Shown: positions 1 to 13,250 of the stretch, piece by piece | Numbering within the stretch: position 1 is the first letter of the stretch | How the letters are laid out: each line of letters opens with the position of its first letter | Source of the DNA: Ylistrum balloti | Lineage: Eukaryota | DNA length: 64,000 nt | Direction of reading: 5' to 3' | NCBI RefSeq assembly: GCF_031769215.1 | Contig: NW_026782299.1 | Coordinates: 3,782,001 to 3,846,000, forward strand | The notes under the pieces: generated by a model | What the model saw: the letters and a program-made list of their open reading frames with translations, nothing else | What the model was told of the DNA's origin: nothing | Database searches by the model: none | Made by a program: the position numbers and the translations under genes

Positions 1-29
1 GCAAACAATATTCTGAACAATATCCTCAC

Positions 30-3000
30 CATAACCCCATTTAGCTGCCAGATGAAGTGCTGTGTCACCACGGACATTCTGGGAGTTGACGTCCAGTTTG
101 GTTTTGGCCTGTTCCAGAAATACCATTGCCTTCACACACTAACAAATAAAAAAATAAATATTCAGTATGTAAGAGATTCAAATTTGAGTTTTCACAAAAT
201 GTTAGAAGGTTTTAAAGGCATTTAGATGCTGAAAGTAATTTTTTTTACTGTTTTCTATTTCTAAATACAACTGTATTTTAAAATGTGTTTCTTTAAAGGT
301 ACTTCATAAATTAGAGTATGTATAGTAATTTTTATTTATTATCTGTTGGCTTCACCTTGGTGATTTTTATTTTTGTTACGTTTGAGGATGGAAAAATGTT
401 GTTTCATGATTGCTGTGAAATATACATCCTATATCAGGGCTCTCGATCTGCCAGATTTGGGGCCGAATATATCGGCCCCATTCCCTATGCAAAATAGTAT
501 CTTTTTTTCCCAATTTAGACCCCAAGTTTTCCCAATTCTAGGAAAACACCATTATTTTTCCCAATTCTAAGGGCCCCGGGCCCCGGGCCCCAGTCCCAAA
601 ATGGGGTGTGAGAGCCCTGAATATAATACTTGCATCTTCATGTCCATTGTCCACACACAGATGTAATGGTGTGTTACCTTCCCCGTCTGTCTGGGTACAG
701 TCAGCATTGAAGTGCACCAACAATAACTGTCAAAATCATCAGTAAAGATCAGAGTTTATTTTGTTCAAAATTAATTCTAATATCATTCATCTTTAGGTAT
801 TGCATTCACATTATATATAACCTTCAATCTTAGATGTTAATTATTTAGATTTTTTGTATATATATTGCTGAGAAATGTGTTCCCAAAAACAGGTACAAAT
901 GTGTTAGTTATTGCAAAATGATTCCCTGTGCCGTTCAGAGCACTCAATTATGAAGTGCCAGGTTTGCTGTTTGCCCGCATCAAGATCACACAAGCATGTT
1001 CTGTTACATTCAAGCAAGAGACTTTGCCTGTCTCTACACACTAGCACATCATTTTCCACCCTGGCACTTGTTATTTGTCTGCTGTACAAACAGAATATAA
1101 TTAAAAATGCTGCATGTGAACTGCAAGTCTGGCATATTTTAATCAAGCAACCTTGAACTCATGAGCTTACAACAACATGTTACACCCACTACAAACCTTG
1201 ACCTTTTGACCTACAACTTACAATGATGTTTTGGTGACCTTTCTGGCAGGCCAGATGTAAGGGCGTGTAGCTGAGGTAGTCACTGGCGTTTACAACTGCT
1301 CCATGCTTTATCAGCACATCTATTAGGTGTGCCTGACCATTTAAGGCCGCAATGTGGAGAGCTTAAGTAAAAAGTAAAAACAGCAAATAACGTCAATCTC
1401 TTTTAAATGTCAATTAATCAAATAGAGAGCATTCTTTGTACAAATACAAAGTAAAAAATTCTGACTCCAAAAATAAGATTTATGAAAGAAGTACATCTGT
1501 GCTATACCTATATAATCTTTTCTAGGGAGGTAGTAGGACACAACAAGTCGGGGATGGTAAGTTTTAGGTTTACTTTACCTAAAACTTACCATCCCTGACT
1601 TGTTGTGTGCTACCACCTCCCTAGATTTCTATTTCTCCCTGTGGGATGCCCTGCATACCTTTAGGTATCCAAGCGGAGGATGACTGAACATCACTGAACT
1701 CTAAACTACAGGCGTTGGCTCTCTCTTTGGAGTTTTTATATAATCTTTTGAATCATTTGCAATATCTAGAAATATCCATCTAAATAACCCTAAAACTTTG
1801 TTTTGCTAATATGCTGTTCACTGATATTTGAATACAATTAATTTTTATGCATTGATTTTTAAATCAAATCACATCAGAAAAGCAAGCTTTTTATACTCTT
1901 TTAGTTGTAGGAAAACAAGGTAACTTATTTGCAGTCATAAGTTTAGGTGAATTCCTTTTCCAACTCCAGAATTTAAAAAATCAAAACAAAGGAATTGTAG
2001 CAAGCTGACTATTAAACATCTGTACCTGTATAACCACGATCATCACGTGTGTATGCAGTAACAAGGTTGACATCAGTGCGGTGCTGTGCGGTCAGTTTGG
2101 CACACTTTTCACAGCTACACAATGGGTGACACAACTTGAGAGAAACCTGATCCTGACAGTCATGAGGTCGTCGCAACATCTGGGTCACTGCGATCTCGTC
2201 ACCAAACTGTACATACTAGCGACAGAAAGCACGAAAATAAAACAACAACTAAAACAGGAGGCTGAATGCATCTGTTGCTTGTTTGTTAAGATGGAAATAT
2301 ATTATCCAAGTTAAAGGGAAAGGGATATATCTATATCCCAATTGGTACCAACCCTCTTTGTCACAAACCTTAGGAACTCCAGACTTAATACTATGTAATA
2401 CTATGCATGCAAAAGTTATAAAGCTCTCTTAATTTCTATCTTGCTGAATCATATTTATTTAAAACAGATAATGATGTCATACAATTGTCTTCATTCCTGT
2501 TATTTATTCCTTGGAAAGCCAGTAAAATTTTGTAATTTCTTCAGTTAATTTCCTAATCTAATCTCGACATTGTATTAAATACCTGAAAGAATTTGTCAAC
2601 AACTGATGTTCCGCCTGACAATGATCGACCCACTACAGTTTTTTGGTCAGCTGTATCCGTTCCCTGCATCAAATATTAGAGTGATTTGAATATTCATTAC
2701 ATCAAATATAAAAGTGATTTTTTTTTCCCCTCTTAAATACAAGAAGCTCAATGGGCCTGCAGCACTCACCTTGTAAATACATAACACCCAAATATCATGC
2801 CTCTAGGCCTTTAAGTTCATAAGAAGTCATTTAAATGTTAAACAAATCTGACTCCTGTGACCTTTAATATAAGGCAAGGTCATTTCTTTTCACAAAATGT
2901 GTTGAAGCCTCATATTATAAACCTACCAGCCAAATGTTCATAAGAAGTCATTTAAATTTTTTAACAAATCTGACCCCTGTGACCTTAAATATAAGTACTT

Positions 3001-6000
3001 AAAGGTTATTTCCTTTAGCAAACTTTGTCGGGCTTCATCCTATGAACATACAACCTAAATATCAAAACATTTGATCCATCGGTTATTGAGAAGAAAGTTA
3101 ATGCCAGATGCCAGACAGGGGATGACGGATGGATGCCGCACTACGGCATATTCTTATTTAAAGACTTAAAAATAAAATCTTTCACAAACTTGATATTTTT
3201 AATTGAGTTATTCCCACTTTCAAAATGTTAATTTCACTTTGCTACTTACATGAATAATATACAAATAAGAATTTGAATTTTTCTTTTTTTTTTACCACAA
3301 CATTCTGTTCTGCTATAAGTTGTACATGTATATAAACATGGGTTGAATGAGTCAAAATATTCACAATATCTTTTTGAAATTTCAGTATCAAATGCACAAC
3401 AAAACAGCAGACAATTTTCTATGGCATACAAACCATGATTCTGTGTGCCTTAATGGCCTCTTCCTTGAGGCGCCCACTGCGTATATGTTCCAAAGCTGCC
3501 TCCACTGTCGTCAGGTAAAACCTAAATAAAGAACAGGACTAGAGAATAAGCTAAATGTAAATACCGGTAAATAATATGGAAGAAGATGATGAAATATTTT
3601 CACCATTGACTGATTCTTAATTACATTCATAAGAATTTGCAGAATTAATTACAATCCAACTTGTATGAATCAAATTTCTCAATGTATTGAAGTTTTTGTC
3701 TGGTCCCGAATTTTATTCCTATATGTTACTACTTATTGGCCCCTTATTAATCAAACTTTTCGATATAACGAAGTTTTTTCACGGAATGTAACATATGATA
3801 ACATAGTCATTGACACCTCATGATTCCAACGTAACATTAACCTACACTGTACAGGTATTTTCGCCCCTTGGCAAAATTTCACACATTTCAAAAAAAAGTG
3901 CTACCTGACAATGGGATTTCGGTAGCCCACTATCATTAGCTTTGTGTTAAGGGGTTAATTAATGACTGGAGACTGTTTTAAATTTAATTGTTTACTTGTT
4001 ATCTAATGGAAGATTATGGGATATCGTGTGATGTTCACCACCGTCACTGTGGTGATGGCATTTATTTAGGTCTTATTTACGGAATTATTTACGGAATTTA
4101 CGGAAAACAATCCGAGGAAATCCTATCACTTGTATGATGATAACACTTATTCCTTAAGCGTCACTTTCTAGTTTTAAGCATTAAGACAAGAGAAACACAG
4201 TGATTTGTCTGTCAGTCATGCGTTCTCCGATAGATTCAAGCTGGCCGTTATCAGAACATCGGCAAAACACTCTTGTAATTTCTACAGCTGAAGATGTGTG
4301 ATGTTAGTGCTGTTGTTTCTTGATAGAAAACATTATAATTTGCTTTCTTTTAAATTCAATAGTGCCTATAACCTTTACGTATTACTCCTCAAATAATTAC
4401 TGTAACATGTGAAGTCCACTTTTATGCTGTGCATCGTTTCATTTATAGATAAACTTGTAAAATGCATATACTGAGTGACATAAAAGATCAATTTCCCGTT
4501 GATTTCTATTTAAAGTTAAGTTTACTTTTTCATGATTAAAAATGTTTTGTTTAAAGGTTAAAATGCATCTTTTCATTTAACCTTGTGTTTTGGTATTTGT
4601 TGTGTTTGTTCACATAGAAATATTGTGTCATCAACTATATATAGCCATGAACATGAAAACGTCGATATAAACAACCACGCATGATTCGAAGACTCAATGT
4701 ATCAAAGTTTTTTTTGTAGTCAATTTAACTTCGAAACAACGAAGTTTTTGACTGTAGTTTGTGTTACTTGTTTGCTGGGTTTATTGTCATTAGAACAGCC
4801 ATTTTCATTTTGAGGCAGAACCTCCTCAAAGCGGCGGATGGCTAATGGAAAGAACACATGTACATGCAGAAGACAGCCACATGATATCCAGAGCATTGAG
4901 AGAAAGGTATCTTGCCAAAGAACACACCATAGCAACATGTCACTGCCATGTACAGTAACTTACACCATAGCAACATGTCACTGCCATGTACAGTAACTTA
5001 CACCATAGCAACATGTCACTGCCATGTACAGTAACTTACACCATAGCAATATGTCACTGCCATGTATAGTAACTTGTACATAGTCAAATACCTACGAGTA
5101 TTCATCATCCTCTGTCATCTTTGAGAAGTGAAAGTATTTCATGTACATCAGATTGGCAGTCCTGCAATATCATCAAAGAAAGTTGATTAAGATATCAGTA
5201 TTGAATTACTTAGCAATTTTTCATGCTTAATTCAGTAAAACCTTTTACATTTTGTCTGTTGAATTGAGCAAATCATAGACTTAATAAGATTACAATCTAT
5301 CATACAAATCTTTGATCCAATTTATCTTGAAGTTTCCAACTGACATCGAGTTTGATCTCATCCTGAGTTTCACTTTGAATAAGATTTTACAAAATGTCAG
5401 CCTGATACCTACCAGTGCACGATTTCCTTGTCTTACCCTAGGGTTGAGACAAGCAACAATGACGAGACCGAGAAATGGAACTACCTTTATTAGGTCACAC
5501 ATATACACTAGTTCATCTGCTACTGAGATCTGGAGTAATCCTCGAAACTGAGAATCCTGTGTTATCATCATGATTAATACTCATCTTAATCCACAAGTTG
5601 TCATTAAAAAGATATATAAAGTATCAAGAGTATAAGTACATGAGATTTTTCACTGGCATGTACGCTAAAATTATATTTTGTGTAAGATTAAAACAAAAGG
5701 CCTGAAGTGTCTGAGGTGTGGGCCTCACCACTATTTATATCCAACCTGGTGTTTTTGTTTGCACTCAATACACTTGGTCTTGCACTCAAGACAAGGAAAA
5801 CGAGGTAAGAGAAAATAATCATTCACCCCCGTTAGGGTGAGATAGATATCAACCCATGGGGAGTGGTCATACATTTGGCACTCCTCATGTTTGACAACCT
5901 AATAACCTTCCCCTCAGGCTGAGATCCCCTATCTCATCTTAAGGAAGTTAATCATTTTTATTAATCTCTAACTTATACAGGTCACAGATCTATTGATCAA

Positions 6001-9000
6001 TTTTTTTCTGTCAAGGTTACATCCATTATAAAGACCCAAATTCTGATCTGAACAGAGAGCAGAGATTACTCTTAGCTAGTTTTATGATTACTGTAAAACA
6101 ATAACAGCTGATATCACTTTGTCTTGCACACATACCAGTTAGGAATCTCGGATTTCACTACCAACAAGATGAGGATTGGCAAGAAGTCATCTGTCGTCAT
6201 TAACAAGGAATCTGTTAAAATCAGTAAGAAAATGTGGCTGTTAAACAGGGATCTACTATAAAATGCCAGAACTTCATAGTGAAGCATTTTCATTTATCGT
6301 TTGAGTGATTAAAATCCACATCTTTTTACAACAATTTAGCTTTTATATATTCTATTGGAATGAAATAAGGAAAGAATTGGTCAAACAGTTTTTAACTTAA
6401 AAAAAGTTTTTCTCATATAACACAAAAACAGAAACAAAAGATAGAAAATAACAACTCAATTCTAATCAGGTATAGACTTTGGTAGGATGATGCTATGGTG
6501 TGAATATGAACGAAATCTGTCCATGGATTCATGAGATATCTTGTACACATGGTTATCAAGGACGGTTGGACAGACAGATGCACACACACACACAGACATG
6601 TGTAAAGTGATAACTATATGCACCCCTCCTACATAAGTGGGAGGTATAAGGATTCCTGAAAAATAGAAAGTGTCTCAACCTATTTTTATGATGTAGTTTG
6701 TATATTAGGATTTACTTGCCTTTAGTTTCCCCATTGTTCTGAGATAGCGGCTTGCTTAGGTTGGTGACGACTCGTTTCAAACAAGAGAGGCGCCCCATTG
6801 GAGTACTGAACTTGTTGATCCTAACCAGCTCTTTCTTGGCATATACAATGTTCCGAACAAACTCTGACCTTATACCAAGGTCATGAGGCTTGACATCTGT
6901 GCTATTTCGTACCATCTTATTGACTTCAGAATCTTCACTCGACATACATGCTGTCAGTGTTTGGAACAGGTGGCGATGCAATGCATGCATAATGTATGTC
7001 TAAGAATTGAAATTCATTTATTTTTTCATTGAATGAAAACAAAACCAATTGTCAAAGTTTTGAAAAGATGGAAATTCATGTAATAAATGTATTCAGCTAA
7101 AAATCTATAATTTAAAACCATTCAAATGTATTACCTGGTAACACATTTATCTTGCATTACCATACTTATGTTTTCTAATAGAATCAGGGCTTAAAAAACA
7201 TAACACCTCATTCAAAGTCAGGTACAGAGTGATGAACTCATATTTGTTGATAAATCTACAGGGCGACAATATGTGTGGGTTGGAATATCACCTAGAAATG
7301 GCTTTTTATCAACAAACATACTATCATTTTGACAACATCTTATCTATACAAAGTTGTTACTGCACCATAACTTCTTGATTGAGACTTTGTCATTATTATG
7401 GGTTTAGCAATATATCAATAGACCCTAGAAAATTAAAAAACATGTGGGTTTTGTAAGATGATGGCAGTGAACATAATGAAAACTGATTGTGGGACCTTAC
7501 ATTATAAGCTTACTTAAAACATTATCAACAGCTTATAAAGTCTTTTTCAAGCTTTGAAATAGATGAGCATACGTACCTCAACAGCCATCTTTAGATTATC
7601 CATGTCTGTCTGACTGTGCTGTGCCGTGCGTCTCTGTTTTCAAACGTAAAAAGACATCACTACATATCATATGATATCAATTTCCTCTTATAATAAAGTA
7701 GGAGTATTTCTCCAACAAAAATGAAGGCATAGTAATTTACATAAACAAGCGTAACATTTTCTGAGACAATTGTTTGAGGAAATATCATTTAAATTTTCAT
7801 GCAGTTATTTTCAAACAAGATATGCAGATTCATTTTCTAAAAACCAAACAAGTATTTTATTTAACACATGAATGATTTCCTTTTTTCATCATAAATGTGG
7901 GAGAACTCTTTTGTTTTATTTTTTACATGAAAATGATAATACGAAAATATACTGTGTTATTTTACAGTCATTACAAACTACCCATTCATAATGTTAAATA
8001 ATTCATAGCTTGTTCTGATTCCAACTAATAAGAAAATGCAATGTGATTACAAACACAAAAGATATAGAAAGGCAAATGTCCTGCTAAAATTGAAATTGAA
8101 ATATAATTTATATATAGTTTCTGTATACAGGAATTTAAAGGAAACACAAATTTGGATATTACTGTGTTAAATGTAACAAGAGATCAATTATAAATTAATG
8201 ATATCAACTCACTACATTAGCATCTTTCAGAACAGTCTGCATGGATTTGGTAAACTGGGCACTGGCAGCATCCACTAAACTCCTGAAACTTTCACCCCGC
8301 AGTCTGTTGTATGATAAACTAAATGATTCCAGCAGCCTAGTGAGCATTTCTTCAGTCTTCCGTCCACCTAAAGGAAGAAATTGTTTTTTAAACTTCTTCA
8401 AAGAAACAAAGGATTTTTTTCAATTAAAGAAATAAACTGCCTATTCACATGTTGAAAGATACACATTGTCTTCTTGCAATGTAAATAATTTTGAAAATTA
8501 CTCATTAAATGTTCTTGCAAAAAAACCCACCAAAATCTTGGAAGTTTTTGGTCTTTTTTTTCTGCTGTTTTTATCATCCTGTGAATACATTTTCATAGGA
8601 GTGGTTACCTTGTGGTAACTGTTATCTTCCCTTTCTTTGTTTTTTGGTAAATAACATCTATTTGTACTAAATTACTCATGCATTAATTAATTTTCATACA
8701 AAACAAAGCTCTGTTTCCAGCATAATGAATTACATCACTAAGAAATTGTCTTACCTGGATGTCCAAACAAAAGTTCTTTGCATTCATCAAATGATGTAGG
8801 CCGCTTTGTGATCTTCTCCTGTTGGTCATAGCCAGATTCTGAAACAAAAGTAACATGTACTAAGATGTTTGCTCATACTGGTCAAGCAGGTTTGGTGATG
8901 ATAGCACCTGTTGTATTTAGTTGAATAATATGGAGTTTAACACAAAACATTTTATAATTCTGACACAAAAATTAGTGATAAGCTAACTAATTCTCTTTCT

Positions 9001-11295
9001 GTGAGAGCATCAAAATATAATACTGTAATACTGAAAACAAGGTCATTACGTGATGAATTACATTACACATTTACCAACACCTACTCATGCTGTATTAGGG
9101 TAATAAGTTACTAACCTAGTTTTGCAGAGCAGGCAGTTGACACACAGGAACATGACAGTGGTCAAACTGTCACCTGTTCTGGTGGTCATCTTGTACAAGG
9201 ACAATAACTTACCCACATCAGTTCAGGTGGTCATATTGTACAATGACAATTACTCACCCACACCTGTTCTGGTGGTCATATTGTACAAGGACAATTACTC
9301 ACCCACACCTGTTCTGGTGGTCACATTGTACAAGGACAATAACTTACCCTCACCACTTCTGTTGTTCAGGCAATTGACACACAGGACCCTGACAGTGGTC
9401 ACATTGTACAAGGACAATAACTTACCCACACCAGCTATGTTGTTCAGGCAATTGATATACAGGACCCTGACAGTGGTCACATTGTACAAGGACAATAACT
9501 TACCCACACCAGGTATGTTGTTCAGGCAATTGACATAAAGGACTCTGACAGTGGTCACATTGTACAAGGACAATAACTTACTTACATCTGTTCTAGTGGT
9601 CACATTGTACAAGGACAATAACTTACCCACACCAGTTCTGTTGAGCAGGCAGTTGACACACAGAACCCGGAAACTCTCATTGTTATTGTTGTAGAATATT
9701 TCTTCAAATAAGATTGGAACCTGGAAAACAAAACAGCATTAGCTGTTATTTTCTTCTCAAACTAGACCTTGCTTACAACAATTACGACACTTTGCCTATT
9801 ACATAAGTTGATTTCATGTCTAGATTTTAGATTTTAAAACAGAAGTGATGTTTAACATAGATACACAAAACGGCTACTTCCACTTCAACTACCCTTTAAT
9901 CAAATATAACATTCAAAACTACTCCAGCTTCCATGCCAAACCCAAAAACTACCCTTTTTGTACATGATAATAAGAGATAAATAGGTTGATTCATTCTTTT
10001 TCTTTCTAACTTTCCAGGCTATTAATGCTGATGCTGCATCTAAGTTCTACTTACCGTTCTTCCTGGTTCTGAGTTTGTTGGTAAAATGTTAACAGTTCCG
10101 TTAGTGATAGTCAATTTCTGAAAATAAATGAAATTTCACATTTAAGTCTATTTTAACTAAGAAGGCTGTGAGATTAAGTATGATTTTCAAGCTACCATGG
10201 TAGAACATCTAACTTTAACATTTGAAGATCTGATGGTGGTCAATTTCAAATACCTCAGTCCCAAAAACCAATGAGTATTCTATCTACCCAGTAACATCAG
10301 GAGTCAACACATTAACTCTCACTCAAACATAGAAAGTGGACATTGAAATAGCATTGTAATGTGCTTATAACTAGATAAATGTGGCAAGGTTACCCTTAGA
10401 AAAGCAAAGGTACTGGAATGGAGAAGTGAAATAATACAGCAAAGAAAATGAAATTTCTGGTAAACATCATCAGATATAATGCTGGAGTTTTAATATAGTT
10501 GTAGCTTTAATTGGAAATATTAGTATACCTTGTTTGACCAGCTCTTGAATTCCTCACCACCATCCTCTAATGATAACACAACATGTTCTATGATGTCCTC
10601 ACGAGAAAAATTGGACTCCTTCACCACAGACGAATACTTGGGAACACACAACTGAAAACACAGTAAAAAGAAAATCTCTTTATAAATGTAAACCAAACTT
10701 TCTGAAGCCTATAGGCTTGTAGTTCAAATACATGATTTTTTTTTCAATAAAAACAATCATATTCTGTCTAGAGTTAAGAGTTTTCGGACTGACAGAAGGT
10801 TTATCGTAAACATTTATAATAAACATTTCTCAATATGTTGAGAAAATTACTTAAAAGGCTTTTCTTACAGTAATATTTATCAAGCAATATTTTGTTTTTA
10901 TTAAATCATTATTACTTGTAATATATTACAAAATGAAAATGACATTCCTTTGTAGATCTGTATAATGACTTCAAAACTGAAGATATTTTATACATGACTT
11001 TAGCTGCTGCTAGCTAGATTAACAACCAAAGCATGAATAAGACAATAGTAAAGATATTCAGGAAAAGATTCAAAAGACTTTTCCATGCATCAATTCATTT
11101 TTTCTTTTACATATAAGGTAAAATTTTAAGAATATGAGATTACATTTTAATGATATTTGTCATGATTGAAAACAAGTGTGATCTTATACTTACTGTCCAT
11201 CTTTTGCTAGTGGCCTCCTCATACACATCTGTAAACTTTGTTGTGAGGGTGACAAAGAAGGGGTTGTCATAAATGTCCTCATCATATCTGTCCAT
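30..11295 (-). CDS. ANKRD27: Ankyrin repeat domain-containing protein 27 (VARP; VPS9 domain + ankyrin repeats), 3' part beyond window
   Basis: Phase-consistent exons (minus): 11295-11194, 10651-10529, 10117-10055, 9720-9627, 8838-8755, 8367-8213, 7633-7577, 6999-6720, 6211-6136, 5161-5096, 3521-3434, 2663-2583, 2215-2026, 1361-1222, 726-634, 138-30. Translation gives MDRYDEDIYDNPFF..., VPILFEEIFYN, VPS9 core TTDDFLPILILLVVKSEIPNW, CHPLCSCEKC and ankyrin repeats TPLHLACQKGHQ / GDTALHLAAKWGY, matching the remembered architecture of ANKRD27. Confidence 0.93.
435..619. mobile_element. Short MITE-like element in an ANKRD27 intron
   Basis: Terminal inverted repeats CAGGGCTCTC (435-444) and GAGAGCCCTG (610-619) enclose ~185 bp with repeated tttcccaatt and gggcccc motifs. 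Confidence 0.55.
1521..1625. repeat. 105-bp near-perfect inverted repeat (foldback)
   Basis: Arms of ~49 bp (tctagggagg...gttttaggt / acctaaaac...cctccctaga) with 3 mismatches and a ~7-nt loop. Confidence 0.9.
2739..3150 (+). mobile_element. Non-autonomous Helentron/HINE-like repeat remnant
   Basis: Starts with acaagaagctcaatgggcc...ctcacc, contains two ~121-bp internal repeats (gttcataagaagtcatttaaat...tgacc) and ends in a gacggatgga microsatellite-like tract. Related terminal motifs occur at ~11425-11462 and ~43998-44030. Family assignment is from recalled bivalve repeat structure. Confidence 0.45.
4924..5075. repeat. Minisatellite, 4 x 38 bp
   Basis: Unit acaccatagcaacatgtcactgccatgtacagtaactt starts at 4924, 4962, 5000 and 5038. 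Confidence 0.95.
6430..6650 (+). mobile_element. HINE-like element 3' end
   Basis: A gacgg/gacaga/(CA)n microsatellite is followed by a short hairpin (cctcctacataagtgggagg) and tataa, the typical end structure of bivalve HINE/Pearl-like elements. Confidence 0.4.
9120..9660 (-). repeat. Compound minisatellite (45- and 78-bp units) duplicating an ANKRD27 exon end and 5' splice site
   Basis: On the minus strand, GTGG|GTAAGTTATTGTCCTTGTACAATGTGACCAC recurs, with donor G at 9626, 9581, 9503, 9425, 9347, 9302, 9257 and 9212. Confidence 0.92.
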
Positions 11296-12315
11296 CCTTG
11301 ATGTCTGGAGACAGTGACCAGTCTTAAGTTTATTGATTTCCCTTCCTTGTCAACCCATGACACTGTTCAGCATCCTATTGTATCAAAAATGGAAAATCCA
11401 GTGTTGTTTGAATTTGGACATGAAAGCAAGAGGCCCAGTTTATGGGCCTAAATAGTCACCTGAAACTATTACCTTGTTAACAAGATAACTAGAACTACAG
11501 TAATGATAAACAGTATTTTTTGTCAGACTTATTCTGCTGACTCCAGAGTACTGATTCCAAAATTTTATTAGAAATATAATGGGTTCTCAAAGTTTAAGTG
11601 AGTCCCATGAGAAAAGTATGAGTCTAGGACTCAAATATGTAATGCAACTTAATGAAAATTTAATCAAGTTGCATTGGACAATTTTAATCATATTCATTAG
11701 GTCCCTGACTCCTTTGGGCATCAGCCACAGTCAATATGTGCAATAAGTATCAAACTATCATCTGAATTTCTCTAACGGAAAGCAAATCGTGCTCAAAGTG
11801 TAATTTTCCTTATATAAATTTACTCTTCAAATACAACATATCTCAAATTTTATTAAATTTACAAACGTTTATTTTCTTATTGGAAAAATACTGCTGTATG
11901 TATGTTAACGCTTTTCAGTTCAAAATTTGAAAACGAAACTATTTTATTAGTAAGTTTCCTTGGGCAATCAGTCCCAGTTTATGAACATCATATTGTCAGT
12001 GAATAGTTACCGTATGATGTCAATAGATGCCCAAGGCAATACAGATAATGATGTTTGTGTTTGAAAACGTGAAAACTGGCCTTGGAAGAAATGGAAAAAA
12101 ATCCGAGAGTGCCAAACAGTGAAACACATAGCGTTTTTTTCGCTAAATGACATTTCTAATTCTTCGAACAAATATATTTACGCCTGTCTGAAAAATCGAT
12201 ACCTTTGAGTTTATTTGACATCATAGAATATAAGTTTGTAAATATTTACGTGTCTGTGTGCTGTCTCACCCTCTTCCGTACGGGCGTTAGTGTTGTATTT
12301 ACTCTCTTATCGTAC

Positions 12316-12420
12316 CTTGTTCTTTTCTGCTCAAAATGATTTTCCTTCCTCCAGAGAAAAGACGGAGATAAAAGGTAGACAACTCATGACCCGGATATTG
12401 GATGTTGCTACAGACAAATG
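12316..12420 (-). other. Possible non-coding first exon / promoter region of ANKRD27
   Basis: AAG|gtacga donor on the minus strand at 12315, in a CpG-containing island upstream of the acceptor at 11375 that opens the ATG exon. The 5' boundary is not determinable. Confidence 0.35.
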
Positions 12421-12989
12421 TGTGAATAAGTTTAAGATAAGTCCCTAATATTGAAAAAAATAACTTATAACAGCAACAGATAAGAAATAAACCCCCTCTT
12501 CAGTTTTGTTAGCAATATATTAATTCGAATATTATATCGCTGGAAACTTCAATGTACATATAAATACACACACATCCCTAGTTTTCGATATCTATTTCCC
12601 TTTGGTTTCGCGAAAAAATATTCAGTATGCTAACCAGAATGTAGACATCCAAATGTGTCCAATGTGAAGTACTTGCAAAACTCTGCCAAAAAATAATAAT
12701 AACAATAATGAATTGTTCGGTTGGAATTATGTTATAAAGGAATACGGGGTGAAGAAATGAAGCCAACATTTACAACCAACGATAAAAGTAGTGTGGAATC
12801 GTGGAATCAGCCAGAAGGAATTGGCGCGTCTTAAATACTTGATGATGTCATCTGTTAACATATTTGTAGCTTTTCTGTCTCAGTTAACTGCTCAACCAGG
12901 ACACTGTACCTAGAACGCTTTGTATTATATAGGTGTGAACAGGTGTGGTCTCTCAACGCACACGAGGTTATGATATCACCTTGTGCCTG

Positions 12990-13250
12990 GACACGCTACG
13001 GAAAGACGGTTAGGTATTCCTCGTCCAGAGAGAACCTGTACATTATGTAACCCCGACATCGGATATTAATTTCATTATTTATTTAATTGCGAAAAGGAAT
13101 GAGTTAAACGTAGAAGAGAGAAATATATACCAAAATATCACTTTACTTAAATGCAAGTCTAATCAATATGCAAGGATAGTTTAACATATTTAATGTAAAA
13201 AGCTGCACTGAAAAAATGAAGATTTATAGAAATGATTGAACAAATATCAA
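12990..13250 (+). mobile_element. Degenerate LINE (CR1/L2-like) ORF2 C-terminal zinc-knuckle fragment
   Basis: Translation RLGIPRPERTCTLCNPDIGY*FHYLFNCEKE*..KYIPKY resembles the CxxC...(DE)FHY..C C-terminus of non-LTR retrotransposon ORF2. It contains in-frame stops. Confidence 0.65.

Noticed and set aside
4720-4841. Possible poison or terminal exon in an ANKRD27 intron (good acceptor at 4842)
   Set aside because: Flanking exons join in phase without it, and there is no homology or clear donor. It needs RNA evidence.
5290-5571. Opposite-strand ORF pair (93 and 79 aa) in an ANKRD27 intron
   Set aside because: Not needed for the exon chain and no recognisable protein motifs.
9122-9538. 138-aa plus-strand ORF
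   Set aside because: It is the antisense read-through of the minisatellite and has no independent coding evidence.
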